This document shows, piece by piece, positions 1-13,100 of a stretch of 64,000 nucleotides of DNA. Under the pieces are notes generated by a model, which had not been told where the DNA came from, ran no database searches, and saw only the letters and a list, made by a program, of their open reading frames with translations. The DNA lies in the IMG/VR virus record IMGVR_UViG_3300030098_004740, positions 28,626 to 92,625 of that record, one strand, 5' to 3'. The DNA comes from a virus. A program made the translations under genes and the position numbers. Each line of letters opens with the position of its first letter. Position 1 is the first letter of the stretch.

Positions 1-2
1 TA

Positions 3-3000
3 AACAGTTCACAAAGTACCTTGTCACTCAACTTAGTTGCAGATGATGGGTATTTCGATGCGTATCATACTTTAGACACACTACCAATGACTTATCCCAC
101 AGTTAGTTGGGGAGGATCGTCAGGCCCTTTTGGTACTGGATTTGGCGGTGGATTCTTTATGGGAACAACCACTGTAAATGTTGGTATTAGAGACGCTGTA
201 ACGGAAGGCTACCACCCTTGGGATCCTAATGCTTTTCCCGCAACATTAATACAAAAATATGGCGGAGTGACTGGAGTTAAACAAAATTATGCTATGAATG
301 GAGATGTAGCATGGCTTCCTCCTCCGGGATCTCCTGTATATTTTAAATATTATGGAACTGGAAATTTAAATAATGCATGTGTTAAGGATAGAAATTGCAC
401 ACCCGTATTTCACTTTAATGGAATATTAGGAAACTATGAAAAAAGTTTTAGCACTGGTGGGTTGACTTATTCTGTAACATTATCAGACCCTAGAAAGATT
501 TTAGAAAATACTCTTGTTATATTAGATGGAGAAACTGGAAGAGTAGCCGCCGCAGATGAGCATTACCTAAAAGGCACAGCAAACGTAACCAATAAAAGAA
601 AATACGAACATGGTTGGAATGGCTACTATAACATTATAAATGTCTTTGGTTATTACGAATCGCATGGCTTTAATAAATCCCGAAAAAATGACCAAGGAAT
701 AGCTTGGTTTGAGGCCAAAAATGGGAAGCAATTTACAAACCACTATGGTATTAATCATCATTTTGGAGTTTTGCCTGCTATAGATTTTATAGCTAGTGGA
801 ACTAATGATGAATATATTAAGAAACTTGAACCCTATGGAGGTCCCGCATATTACGGTGTAGATGATAGAAACCTTGCAACATATGCTCCTTTTTCAGAGC
901 AGTTAAACGGAGATGGTGTCTACAGATATGCAATAGATCTTTCAGCCCTTTATGATTTGAGCAAGTACTATAATCCTAATCCTCCAGCAAAAGGTGTTAT
1001 AGATGACAACTTTAGAATAAATGGAGAAAATATATCTCTACTCCAGTTGATAGAAAAGGTTTGCGAAGCTGCTGGCGCTGATTTTATGGTAGAAATGTAC
1101 GCTCCAAGGTTAGGAGAACCATTCTACGCAACGCATAAAGACTATGCTGGGATAATAAGAATAATTCCTATCCCTAGAAATATTGAAGTAGAACTAGGCG
1201 TATTAGAAAAAGCTATTGATCTTTCGCAACAGACTCCATCCGTAGGGCCTTTCGTAGATTCAGAACAGCACTCAATCTTAATAGACTCTAGTGTTGGATA
1301 TGAATTCACAGATCCTGTACAAGGCAAAATCCTATTTGGAGCGCCAAGAACAAGAGTAGTTGGAGTTACCCCTCTCGGTGATAGAAAAACTAGAGATGAA
1401 TTATTTTATAATGCTACAACAAAAAAGTATATAGACGGAAATCCAACTGAAGGTACGGATGATATCCTTCGAGAGTATATGCCTTCTATTGAACTAGATG
1501 GTGTCACTTTACATACGCAAGCTTTGCCTGCGGATTCATTTCAAGATAGATCTGAATATGGTTGGAATCCTGAAACAGATCTTTTAAGAGAAGGTGGCAA
1601 AGATGTCTTGCCAGACTTTGAACAAAACCTTCCTATGGTTTCAAATGATGATTTCTTACCCTATCATTTTGCTGAAGATGTATCTGGTAGAAACTATGAT
1701 GAAGCTGATCCGTACCAATTTGGAAGAGCTAACTCAAAATTTTATGAAACCGGCTCACAGTGTTTCATAACTCCTCCTGCTACAGAGGGGTCACCTTTTG
1801 TAATAAGCAATTACTGTACTGAAGAGTACGATGCAACTCAGGCTGCTGGCGGTAGAGCTGCTGAACCTCATGGAAATCCAAAACAAATATGCACAAATGA
1901 AAGCACATGCACAGCCGCTGATTATTGTGATGGTGAATGGAAGACAATAGAGGATGCGCAGGGATGTACAGACGCTGGCGTTATGTATTTCTTTTTTTAT
2001 GGTGATCCTAGTCTTTCTTCTCAGAATGTTGGTCAATATAAAAAGGTAGATTCAGGACTTGGTTCTGGATATTTAGACATGTTTCCATGTTGGGGATTCC
2101 ACAAGACAGAGTATAACTCTGCTAGCTCTTTGTTAAAAGATGATATCAATAAGTCAATCAAAGGACAGCCAATTAAGGGAATGTTCTGGGATGATGATCC
2201 ATATAGAGATTTTCATCCCATTGATGGAATATTTGGTGTATTTGATTGGATTAATCCGGGTCTTGGAAAATGTAGGTCAGTAGAAGACTTCGTAGATCCT
2301 GCCACTGGTCAGACAAATCCGAATACTGCAAAAGGCAAAATATTACCTGCTCTTGAAAATATGCCACTTCTTTGTGAGTGTGATTATATGACAGCCGCTA
2401 TTGATGATGACTGTTATACATTTAGAAACAGTATAGGCGTAAAAGCTAGAGGTAAGTTTGAACCAGCTTGTGAACCACGTAAAAGATGTGAAGCTCAACC
2501 TTCAGGAGATGAAGTAACTGATTTACACGCTGGAACAGCAGGGGTGGAAAATAACTTACATAAAATAAAATTCAGTTGTGAAAATGCTTGCTTCTTAGCA
2601 GACGCAAACGGCAATCCTACTGGAAACGCTGTAGTTGCGTACTATACAGAAGATGTAGGAACTAAAACAAAAGGACAAGCAGCTAACGTAAATGATAATG
2701 AATGGATGACCAACCCTCCGGGAACAAAAGGTTCTAAGATTAAATTGATATCAGATAAAGAAGATTGTGAAATTGAATCTGTATCTGGAACACAAACTAA
2801 AAGAGTTGTAGGAAACATAAAGTCTGATGGATCTCTAACAACGGGAGCCGACCAAAATAAATTTATCGCAGAAGGGGGTCTATATAGCAAAGAGTGCATA
2901 GGAATAAGTCACAAATATCCTCATAGTACTCATTGTGAAGCAATAGCTGGTTTCACTGATCCGGCTACGGGTACTAAATATCGTGTAGGAGACTGGCTTC

Positions 3001-5372
3001 CATCTACTACAGCTGATGGCTGTAGAGACAGATTTGGCATAATGTTTGTCAAATGGGTAAACGCTATGACACAGTTTCCAACAAACCCAATTGATGATAA
3101 ATTCTATGGACAAACTATTCCTGTAGACAAGATACCTGCACCGGGATATGTAAATACTAGATTTAGATATACAGGAGTCTGCAAGACTCATTTTAGAAAT
3201 CAGCCAGTCACTAACCTTCTTACTCAAAAAAATATAACTGATAAGTTTGATTGTCTTAATGGGACTGGAGGATTACATTATTTTGACGAAGACGATGTAG
3301 ATAGTATTCCTGTAATGGCTAAGTCTGCAACTATTCCTATTGATTTAGGATCTATAGGATATGACCAAGGTCCTCTTGGATCGAACAATATTCCCGGAGG
3401 TGCTACAAATTGGTATTACGCTACTATTACTGAGTTAAGACACGCTGCTGTAAGCAAAGACTCTTGGACTGCTTATCTGAGAAACTTGGGACAAAAACTT
3501 CCTTGTTCCATGTGGGCTATAAATCCAGTTCCACAAAATGCTTGGTCTGACTTCTGCAAGAAAGCAGATGAAGTAATGTTCAAAGGAGGCACTAGCAAAG
3601 CCCATTTAGCAATTGCAAATAACCTAAATTATTTTGCATCTGGAGGTGCTTCAGGTTCGCCAACAATAAATAGCGATGTCATAAACCATGCTGGTAATCC
3701 AAGCGAAGCTAATGCAAAGTCTGCTACTGGACATCCCTGCGGAGACGCAGAAAGAAATGCTCTTAGTTTGGGTGAAAGAACTCAAATGGAAGTAGACATT
3801 GCTTATCAAAAAGTTCAAGAGGCTGCTACTCAATTTTATGGAAGACGGTACTTAGTGCCATTACCCTTCAATCCACCAACTTCACACACTTGTAGCAATC
3901 TTGTATACAAAAATCGAGCAGACTGCACAGACAATGGGTATGATTGGGGTCCTCATGGAATGCTAAGCGAATGGTTCCAAAAGATGGGCGTTGGACAATG
4001 CTCAGATGGAGTAAGCGCTGACAAGTTTACTTGTGAAGTAACTAATAATTCTTTTTGGATAGAACCTATTAAACACATAAACAAATGGGATATAAATACT
4101 TCAGGATGGCCGGGAGGTTCTATAGATTACCAATGGGACGAAACAAAGAACACAGGCTACCCACAGAATATAAATTTCTGGACTGAAGACGGGAATTTGG
4201 AACCATTTGTTGTATTTCCTTCACACGAAAGAAAAAGATTCAGCGCAGATGCTTCAAGATTAGATTTTAGAAATTATGACCCAGAAACAATTCATGAATC
4301 AAAGTCTAATGTCGGCCCTATTGCTGGTTGGGGAACTAAAGTCTTTGTTAAAGCCAATGTAGATCCAGAAACTCACTGGATACCAGAAAGAGCTGCGTGG
4401 GAAATACAAAACGAAAAACAGTTTGCAATGTTTAGAGATGGAGATCCAGATGGCGGAACCGATCGACAAAAAAGACTAAACCAGCCAGCGAATCATTTAG
4501 CGATTGGAACGCTTGATAATTCAAAATTCCTAACAGAAAGAGAAGTCTATGTAAGAGAAGTAGACCAAAACTCTGCTGATTATTTTAAGGAAACAGCGGC
4601 TTATAAACCTTATGCATTAATCACATTACCAAATCAAGTTCTTTATGGAGATATGGACCAAACAACAAAATTCCATCCTGATATTGGAGAAGGTAAAGAT
4701 ATGTGCATACCTTTGATAAAAGCTAAAAACTCTAACGCTTTAATGAGCGCTTGGTTGCAAGGCATGGACAGAGGAGGAATTGTTGGTCAGCAATTAGTGG
4801 CTATGGCAGGCAACTTAAGAAATGCTCCAGTTGTGTCTCCCGATATGGGGAGAGGCTCTTTACAAGCTGCTGCTTATAAGCCTTGGCACGCAGCTATACC
4901 TCAACAAAGTAAGCATTTTAAATGGGGTCCTTGGGCTTTAGGAACGGGTTTTGGAAAAACTGACTATCAAGTAGACACAAGCATACAACCATCAGCATTT
5001 GGTGGAGAAAAGGCCATGGCTAATTATGCTATGTCTGGCATAAAAACTACACTTCAAAATGTAACCCCTTATATTGAGACTGGAAGCGTGACATTAGCTG
5101 GCTTACCAGCACACGCGTTTGCAACTCAAATAGTTTTGCCAATTAATGGAGTAAATTTGTTAGGTCCATTTATAACAGATATATCTGTAGCAATGGGTGC
5201 TAGTGGACTTACTACTACATACAACTTTACAACACAAGAAAAATTTGCTGATATCGACTCTATCAACAGACAAAGGATCAGAAAAAATCAAGAGGATATG
5301 TTGAAGATGCTTAAACATACAGAAGAGCAAATTGCAAAAACAAAAAGAGACATATCAAAGTATATTAAATAA
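3..5372 (+). CDS. Giant putative virion/tail structural protein (>1783 aa), 5'-truncated by the window
   Basis: The frame is open back to the window edge (NSSQSTLSLNLV...). Gly/Asp/Asn-rich with Cys modules (CSNLVYKNRADCTDNGYDW, CSDGVSADKFTCEVTNNSFW). The C-terminal ETGSVTLAGLP...GPFITDISV...TTTYNF resembles tail hub-type ends. Function is inferred from context. Confidence 0.6.
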   Translation, partial: NSSQSTLSLNLVADDGYFDAYHTLDTLPMTYPTVSWGGSSGPFGTGFGGGFFMGTTTVNVGIRDAVTEGYHPWDPNAFPATLIQKYGGVTGVKQNYAMNGDVAWLPPPGSPVYFKYYGTGNLNNACVKDRNCTPVFHFNGILGNYEKSFSTGGLTYSVTLSDPRKILENTLVILDGETGRVAAADEHYLKGTANVTNKRKYEHGWNGYYNIINVFGYYESHGFNKSRKNDQGIAWFEAKNGKQFTNHYGINHHFGVLPAIDFIASGTNDEYIKKLEPYGGPAYYGVDDRNLATYAPFSEQLNGDGVYRYAIDLSALYDLSKYYNPNPPAKGVIDDNFRINGENISLLQLIEKVCEAAGADFMVEMYAPRLGEPFYATHKDYAGIIRIIPIPRNIEVELGVLEKAIDLSQQTPSVGPFVDSEQHSILIDSSVGYEFTDPVQGKILFGAPRTRVVGVTPLGDRKTRDELFYNATTKKYIDGNPTEGTDDILREYMPSIELDGVTLHTQALPADSFQDRSEYGWNPETDLLREGGKDVLPDFEQNLPMVSNDDFLPYHFAEDVSGRNYDEADPYQFGRANSKFYETGSQCFITPPATEGSPFVISNYCTEEYDATQAAGGRAAEPHGNPKQICTNESTCTAADYCDGEWKTIEDAQGCTDAGVMYFFFYGDPSLSSQNVGQYKKVDSGLGSGYLDMFPCWGFHKTEYNSASSLLKDDINKSIKGQPIKGMFWDDDPYRDFHPIDGIFGVFDWINPGLGKCRSVEDFVDPATGQTNPNTAKGKILPALENMPLLCECDYMTAAIDDDCYTFRNSIGVKARGKFEPACEPRKRCEAQPSGDEVTDLHAGTAGVENNLHKIKFSCENACFLADANGNPTGNAVVAYYTEDVGTKTKGQAANVNDNEWMTNPPGTKGSKIKLISDKEDCEIESVSGTQTKRVVGNIKSDGSLTTGADQNKFIAEGGLYSKECIGISHKYPHSTHCEAIAGFTDPATGTKYRVGDWLPSTTADGCRDRFGIMFVKWVNAMTQFPTNPIDDKFYGQTIPVDKIPAPGYVNTRFRYTGVCKTHFRNQPVTNLLTQKNITDKFDCLNGTGGLHYFDEDDVDSIPVMAKSATIPIDLGSIGYDQGPLGSNNIPGGATNWYYATITELRHAAVSKDSWTAYLRNLGQKLPCSMWAINPVPQNAWSDFCKKADEVMFKGGTSKAHLAIANNLNYFASGGASGSPTINSDVINHAGNPSEANAKSATGHPCGDAERNALSLGERTQMEVDIAYQKVQEAATQFYGRRYLVPLPFNPPTSHTCSNLVYKNRADCTDNGYDWGPHGMLSEWFQKMGVGQCSDGVSADKFTCEVTNNSFWIEPIKHINKWDINTSGWPGGSIDYQWDETKNTGYPQNINFWTEDGNLEPFVVFPSHERKRFSADASRLDFRNYDPETIHESKSNVGPIAGWGTKVFVKANVDPETHWIPERAAWEIQNEKQFAMFRDGDPDGGTDRQKRLNQPANHLAIGTLDNSKFLTEREVYVREVDQNSADYFKETAAYKPYALITLPNQVLYGDMDQTTKFHPDIGEGKDMCIPLIKAKNSNALMSAWLQGMDRGGIVGQQLVAMAGNLRNAPVVSPDMGRGSLQAAAYKPWHAAIPQQSKHFKWGPWALGTGFGKTDYQVDTSIQPSAFGGEKAMANYAMSGIKTTLQNVTPYIETGSVTLAGLPAHAFATQIVLPINGVNLLGPFITDISVAMGASGLTTTYNFTTQEKFADIDSINRQRIRKNQEDMLKMLKHTEEQIAKTKRDISKYIK

Positions 5373-5389
5373 CGCTATGGAATAATAAG

Positions 5390-7180
5390 ATGGCCACAGA
5401 TAAACAACCTGTAAACGACCAAAGGTCTGAAACAGATAAAAATGACTATAGTCACTTGATGCTAACTAGTGCTAGTTATCCAGAGCAAGACATACCTATT
5501 AGAGATGCCGCTAATAATGTTTTGTTTTGGGATAATCATCCTGACTATGCGGGAAAGCCTATAAACGCTTTTAATGCATCTACTACTACAGCCACTGGAC
5601 CAGTTGCATCTTTTATGGATCAGTTTCCAAGCGATAAGGCTTGGCATAATGCTGGAGGTATGTCTATTGATGGCTTGTTTGTTCCTTATGCCACAAACTT
5701 TGCCGTAGTTAGCACAGGTGGGGAAAGAAAAAATCTGAACAAAGCTCCAGACACTTCTTCAATGCCTACTTTTGAAAGGCCATATAGTGTTGAAAAAGGA
5801 GGCGAACCATCAGACCAAGTTGATTTTGTAAACTACAATACAAAACTAGGGGCTGCTGCACCATCTCCCGCCACAATAGACTCCGCTTCTCTTAATCCAT
5901 TTGCTTCCGGCCACTATATACAAATGGTTAACAAGGAAAGTAAACAGGTTAGTCCCAACACAGACGTTTCAGGGTATTCTAAGCATTCTTCTCCTTTAGG
6001 AAAACCCAATGTTAAATCTACTGAAACAGAAAGACCAATAGGTCTTAGAGGTCCGATTGTTATTGCTGGATGGGGTTATGATGCTATTACTTCGCATCCA
6101 GTTCCTAACTTAAGATACGACTCTGATTATAGACATAATGAACCAAAGAGCGCGAATTATGGTAGGCAAAGGTATGCTCCTGAGACCATGAAGGCTAGGA
6201 CTGCTAGCGGTATGCAGCAAGACCATAAGCATTTTACTCCTTTTCATATGAGAAGACCTGACAAATGGAAAGCTGGCCCTGTTGACTTAAGATGGGATCA
6301 CAATAGAAAAGTTTGGGTTGGTGGAAAGCACAATGGAATATTTTTATCAAAAGCTACAAAGTGTATACTTCCAAAATCTGGTATAGATGGTAATAACTCT
6401 TTTAACTTTGGCGTTGGTGGTAATATTAATGCTCCCGGAAGATTATATAGAAACCCATGCCCAACGCATAACTGTAATTATCATTCATACTTTCCAACAA
6501 GTATCTATTATCCCGATATAGAAATATATGACCCAGAAGATCACAACTGGTGTGGTAGATGTAGAACTATAGGGACACAAACAGCATGTGGAGACTTCAA
6601 GGATGGATGTTCTCCTTTTTATGATGCAATTATTTTAAGAGCTGTAGATGAACAAGTAGGGAAAAATAACGAGCTTATTGAATGTACTGACAAGTTTAGA
6701 AAAGTGCAAGGCGGTACTCCTCAAGCAAGAAGAGCTGGAAACCCTTGTCATGGATGGGGTTCTAGTAAATTTGGAACTGGTGAGTTTATTAATGAAAAAA
6801 TAGGAGATGACGAAGTTTGGACAGAATATGCTAAAGCTTTGTTGTATCAAAAAATATTCGTAGAAAACCCTCTAGGTCAAGGGTTAATGGTAGGGGATGC
6901 ATTTTTTAGTTATGATACTGGTAGGAGAATAGTGTATGAATATGAAAGAACAGATACCGCAGCTTGTGGAAAAGGTGTTGGTACAAAAGTAAAAGTAAAG
7001 GAATCTATTCCTGTACATGTAATTTTACAGGGCGAATTTTATGGAATGGAAGTAATTTCACACGCAGGTTGTGATAGAGGTGAAATGGGTTCTTGTTCTA
7101 GAAAATTCTTTGCTCAAGGCTTTGCAACTGGAGAAGATTGTGGGCCAGATGATGACTATCCACAAACAGCAGGATCATAA
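5390..7180 (+). CDS. Putative virion protein with Cys-rich C-terminal half (596 aa)
   Basis: Long ORF coupled to the next gene by a TAATG overlap; core GLRGPIVIAGWGYD...WKAGPVDLRWD; many Cys after about residue 320. Confidence 0.6.
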   Translation: MATDKQPVNDQRSETDKNDYSHLMLTSASYPEQDIPIRDAANNVLFWDNHPDYAGKPINAFNASTTTATGPVASFMDQFPSDKAWHNAGGMSIDGLFVPYATNFAVVSTGGERKNLNKAPDTSSMPTFERPYSVEKGGEPSDQVDFVNYNTKLGAAAPSPATIDSASLNPFASGHYIQMVNKESKQVSPNTDVSGYSKHSSPLGKPNVKSTETERPIGLRGPIVIAGWGYDAITSHPVPNLRYDSDYRHNEPKSANYGRQRYAPETMKARTASGMQQDHKHFTPFHMRRPDKWKAGPVDLRWDHNRKVWVGGKHNGIFLSKATKCILPKSGIDGNNSFNFGVGGNINAPGRLYRNPCPTHNCNYHSYFPTSIYYPDIEIYDPEDHNWCGRCRTIGTQTACGDFKDGCSPFYDAIILRAVDEQVGKNNELIECTDKFRKVQGGTPQARRAGNPCHGWGSSKFGTGEFINEKIGDDEVWTEYAKALLYQKIFVENPLGQGLMVGDAFFSYDTGRRIVYEYERTDTAACGKGVGTKVKVKESIPVHVILQGEFYGMEVISHAGCDRGEMGSCSRKFFAQGFATGEDCGPDDDYPQTAGS

Positions 7181-10100
7181 TGGCAATAGGTGACTTCTGG
7201 GATACTTCTTATAATCCCATTTATGAATACGGGTCAAACCCGTTGAAGAATGACAGAACAGGAAAATACCAATGGGGTCCTGACTATTCTGATATTGTTC
7301 CTCAAACATCAGTAGGATCACTCAAACGCCGACAAAAAGGTCGGTTTTGCAGTGAAGGATGTGGCTGCGTAAACACTTATTGCGACAGTATGCTTCTTCC
7401 TGAAGGTCAATATGGATGTCATCTCCCTCCTGAATTGTCTATAACAGTTGTTAGAAATCCAAACGGCAGGTACGAAGCAAAAGGGGAAATTGAAGGAGGC
7501 GGTGGTGAAACTATACATCTCAAGTATTCCAAAGGATCTTGGAGAGGAAGAAGATGTTGTACTAGTAACGCTTATGGGCAATTAGAATATGCTTGCGACC
7601 CATGTAAAGTGACTACTCTTCCAAATGGCAAACCTTCTGAGTGCCATCCCGCTAATAACAAATTCAAAGATTTTGGTAAAAACAGTCATATATCTCAAAA
7701 GTCTGATAACTTTACAATCAGAGATGATTTTGATTATGACGAAGCTCTAAAAGGTGGAAGTAATTGGCCGAGGTTAGGAGAAAATGCTTGGTTAAAACTT
7801 TCTGTCTATAACGTAACAGCGCCTACAACAGGCACAGATATGCTTAGAGACACCACTTTTGACGGATTTGCTTCGTTGTGTTTTGATGCTAGCGGATTGC
7901 CTGTTAAAGGCATAGGAAACGAGGGTGATTGCTTAAAAAACAGTGGATATCATTGGAGTGAAAAAACGCCTGTTTGGATTAACAATGATATTAATGACGA
8001 AGACGATGTAGCAGGTAATGGTGGTCACATACAGCTAATAGGAACAGAAGAAGTTCCTACAAAATTTAGCATAGATGTAAAAGCTGACGAAGTTGTAACA
8101 AATATAAAGTCCAGAGAAAAGACTATAAAAGTAACAAAAGATGGATATTTAGATAATTATAGTATAAACAATGGGGCTGATCCCAACGATAGAGTTTCTA
8201 CAACAAAACTCAATTATTATGATCCAACATCAGAAGACAGAGGCTGTTTAGTTGATGGGTCAATGCCTCTAAAAAAACGTCCTTACTGTAGAAATGCAAT
8301 AACAGGAAAAAGAATACAGCAGCAATGCGAAGAAGTAACAGGTGTTAATGCTGGCTTTGGTTCAGGTTTTTCTATAACAAAAGAAAAAGAAGACTGTGAG
8401 GCCACTTCGTCTAGCATAAATGGTTACTGTAGTATAAGTGATCCTGTAACACAACAACCTTATCCAGATGAAGCCTCTTGCAATTTTGCATCAGGAACAT
8501 GGGTATGGGAAGACAACAAATGGTTATACGACGATCAAACAACATGCGAAGACGCTGGTTCTTGTCTTGCTCCAAAAACCGATAAGTTTCAAAGTCAAGA
8601 AGATAGAATTGTAGGAGCTTACTGTCTTGATATAGTTTCTGGAACAAAAGATCCTGTCCCGCAAAACAAAGCTGAATGCGAGGCTCAAGGTCATGGCATA
8701 TGGAAGCTTGGAGATAGTTCCTCATGCACAGCTTCTTACAAAGAAGGCTCTCCTGTATGTAACGATATTGATGGCAAAGATTCTGGACATGCTGATGAGG
8801 ATTCTTGTTTAGCAGCTGGAAATACATGGATGAAAAATGAATGGTTCTCAAATCAATGGGTTGATTGGGAATATGAAAAGCTATCCTGCTGTGGTGAAAC
8901 TCTTTTAGATCATAATTACCCATCAAGAACTCCTCAAATATCTGGATCAACACTAAGTGCTAGAAAAAATCCATCTTGCACTACCCCCTACCATGAAGTG
9001 ATTTTAAGTCCGTATCAAGCCGGTCAAAATATTAATACTGAGTCATATCATAGCTGTATAGCCGCAGTCAATCAGTGGCAAAGAGATGACAATACAGACA
9101 CAGAATTTTTCATGAATACAATCTCCTATTGGACTTTAGTGATAAGGCCATGTAATTTTCATGGAGGTTGTCAGGATGAAAATGTCAAAAGACCTGATCC
9201 ACAAGACCTAATAGATAATAAGCTAGACAATTACTATGACACTACATGCGGTGAAGAAATAGTACTCTATTTAAGTACAGACCAATTAGTAAATTGCTCT
9301 AACCTTAATCTAACAATAGAAAACGAAAATCAGATACGTTCGGGTTGGAAAGAAGCCCAACCTATGTGGCACAAAAGCATTGGAGATACAAAGGGTAATC
9401 CTGCAAATTTGCAATTTTTAATGCCGGGTGCTGATTCTAGTATGATTTCTGGATCTAGCTCTTATGAGTTTTCGTATCCCGGTGATGCGATGTACAAAAA
9501 CCAGTATAAGCATTGGTGTAATAATCCTGATGTAAATGTTGATGGTATTGGTGATGGTGGTGTTTGTTCGCAATATCATTACTGGAATTCAGGGTTTCCA
9601 AAAGTTCAATTAGCAAACCCTAAAGGAATTGATGCTTTTTATGGTTTCAACTTGCAGCCGCAACCTTTTAAAGCAACTGAAGAAAAACAAAATAGAGCAA
9701 AGCTTCTTTATACTGCGGCAGTAGATCATAATACATGGCAAGCTTGTGCTGGTCATATATTAGGAGATGCTAATGGTGGCGGTCATTGGTTCTGGAATTA
9801 TGGCCCAGACTATTTCATGTATTTTGATTTCCTTGCTTATGACGAAATTCATTCTTTTAATCCTGTAGCGATCAAAAATGATAGCCCAAAATGTACAGCT
9901 GTTGCTACAAAAGCCAAAGAGTATGTAGATAGTCATGTAGGATTTTTACGCAGGGGTGATTGTGGATATGGAAATGGGCCTCTTTGGGTTGGTTGGATCC
10001 CAGATTATGATAGCTGGACAAACAATAAAATATGTCCCGATTGTGGGAGTAAAGGAAAGAACAATTGTGAATCAGAAGGTGGGTGCTTAAACGCAGATGG

Positions 10101-13100
10101 CTCGTTTGAAACTGACCAAACTGATTGCTCTGAAAAAGGGCAATGCAACAGTCCTGTTGGAACCAAAACTACACATACTACAGAGGATGAATGTGACGAA
10201 GCTGGAGGCAGCTGGAGTCCTGCTAAGTTTGTACCATGTTGTGAATGGTTTGAAGAATGTAGCGAAAGGATAGTGACAAATCATCAAGATGCGGGTGAAT
10301 TTGGAATGGGAGCAGAACCAAAGTATCGAGATGCTGTAGACAAAGCTGAGTGTGAAAAACACCCAGATCAAGGCGGTGCTGGAGGTGTTTGGAGTGGAGG
10401 TTGTACTCCCGGTGTTGGACAAAGACAACAAAATCAGCTATGCGGTGAAGTACAAAACCCTCCAGAAGACTTCGTTGATATTGTTCTAGGCGAACAGTTT
10501 GGAACTTGCGTTTTACATAAAGATGGTCAAAATGCAAACATAACCGATATGTCAAAATCTGACTGCGGTGAAGAGTCAATGAAGCATGAATGTAGAATCA
10601 TTCTTACTGGCATAGTAGTTAATACTTCACAGGATGCTTGTGAGCTTAATCCATTAACTGAATGGGTTCCAGTGTATGACCAAGATCCTGCTCCTAAATT
10701 TGAACCAGACATGATTGGCCACTTCGATAGTAAATATCCAAGACGAGAAGGACCACTAACTAAATTAAGGGAGGCTGGTCCTTTAACTGGCTCGCTTGCA
10801 GATGTAAGCCAAATGAAAGGGGGATTCATTGAGCGACAGCCGGGAGTTAGTGTGGACTTCCCCTCTGGAACAGCAAAAGAAAATCCTCTTAACTACTGGC
10901 ATAGGACTGGTTTATACCCAAGAGGAGAAACCGCTAGCTATGTTAGTGATGGTTGTGTTGGTGTAAGTCATAGTGGGAGAATTGAACATGCTTCAAATAC
11001 TACCCCAATCAAGATTACTTCTAGAAGTCATGGATTAAGAAACGGCGATCTTATAATGACTCAAGATGTTCTTGGAAACTTTGCTGCAAATGTATTTTTG
11101 TCACAAAGAGACGTAAAAGAGATTCAATGGGAAGATAAGCTTGCTGGATCTTGTACTGGAGACAATTGTGATGATCAAGCTTACCCAGCATCTGAATGTT
11201 TGTTTGAAGGAAAGTGTCTTGATTCCAGCGGAAACGACACTGGCGAAAAAGATAAGTCTAAGTGCAACTCAGCTGCGGGAAATACTTGGGAAGAAGTATG
11301 TCCCTCTGAATATTTAGCTTGTTATGGCTTTAGAGTCCCCGGAAATATGGAGCCACAATACGCTCCTTTTGCAGTAGTGCAAAATGCAACAGCTGATACT
11401 TTTGATTTGTATACGTGTGATAATTTGCCACTTAAAGGCACTTTAAGTACGGGCGCAATAAAAAATCTACCTGAATCTGTAGACACACATGGACAAGTCA
11501 TAGAATGTGAAGGAGTTGGAAATGCAAGTGTTTGCTTTTGGGGTTATTTTGCACAATTCACAGGGTATTTTGGAGGGGAAATAAATCCTATCAATCCTCC
11601 TCCTTTGACATTAGGTACGGAAGTCACTGATGATCCTACTGTAAATGCTGGAAAACCCACAATTGGAAAGTGGGCAGCTAGATGTATTGCCTACGATAGC
11701 GGAAAGGTTATAAACCAAGCAGATGACGCTAGGTCTGAATACAAGTTTAATCCTTTCGCAGTATTAACCGGCGCCCCTATTAATGAAAACTACACCTGTG
11801 GTGGAACAATAGCTGATGGAGGGCATTGGTGTGGTGCAAGCGATTGTGATAGTCGTTTTGGAAAATGGATGACTGAACAAGAGATGGCGGATAACGTTCT
11901 TACGAAGTCAAAAATAGAGGGTTCTAAAGAAGTATGTGAGTCTTATGGTATATGTAATATTATAAAAAATGCTCAAGAAAAAGCGCCTAAGTCAGTAATG
12001 ACAAAAAGTGATTGCAAGAAACTATCTAAAGTTTATCATACTTTGGATTTGGATGCTGGATACCATGACGATTCGCAAATTTATGTTGAAAGATGTCAAG
12101 ACGCAGATGGGAATATAGATAACAGTCCAGAAATTCAAGACGCTCTTGATATAAAAAAGGCTTGTGAAGAAAGAGGTTCTTGTTCTGAAGCCTTTTTTGG
12201 TAACAAAAAAGATTGTGAAGGAAATGGCTTTATATGGAATGGTGGAACATATATCAAAAAAGCCAATAACTGCGTAGGCGACGAAATGGAGGGGCAAGAT
12301 AATGATCTTTGCTGGACACCAAATGTCTTTGGTACAGAAATAGACCTTAGTAGTACCAGTGGTGGAGGTCTTGGAAATGACCGACCACTTCCAAACTATC
12401 CGGTGTGTCCCTATACAGGAACTTGGGAAATATTCCATCAAGACTTGGGAATAGCAGCTGGATATTTCACTGAAAATCAGTTTGATTCTATTTATAGATT
12501 TGGATGGGGTGGATTAACAAGAAGATGGGAAGAAAGAGCTAACGATTATTACATTCAAATAGAGCAAAAAGGTATATGTCCTGTTTGTTGTGATCATTTT
12601 CTACCAGAAACACTAACTGCCACTATTAGTGATACAGGCAGTAGTCTCCAAGACATTGTTGGCGGATGTCCAATAGATCCATGTGAGGCTGGCGATTTTA
12701 TATTTGATGATGATGCTACAGCTAGAGGTACAAGATCAGGATGGAAAAAAACAAGTGGGAAATTTAGCGGTTCGTTTGATGGATATTGTTGCAGTGATTT
12801 TTATCACCCTTGCTCGATACCAGAAGATGAATTAACAAAATGCATTGCTGACCCTACCCAGTTTGGCCATTGTTATAGAGTGAGTAATGCAAGTGGTCAA
12901 GAACCCGGACTTTTAGCTGGTGCGTATACAAAAGATGAATGCGCAAAAAGAGGTTCTGGCGCAGGAGGTTGTAGTAAAAGCGGAATTTGTACAGTAAATC
13001 CTCAAGGAAATCAAACTCCAGCAGATTGCGAAGCTGCCGGAGGAACTTGGAGTCCTGTCACTGATCAGACAGGATGTACAAGCGCAGGAGGTACTTGGAC

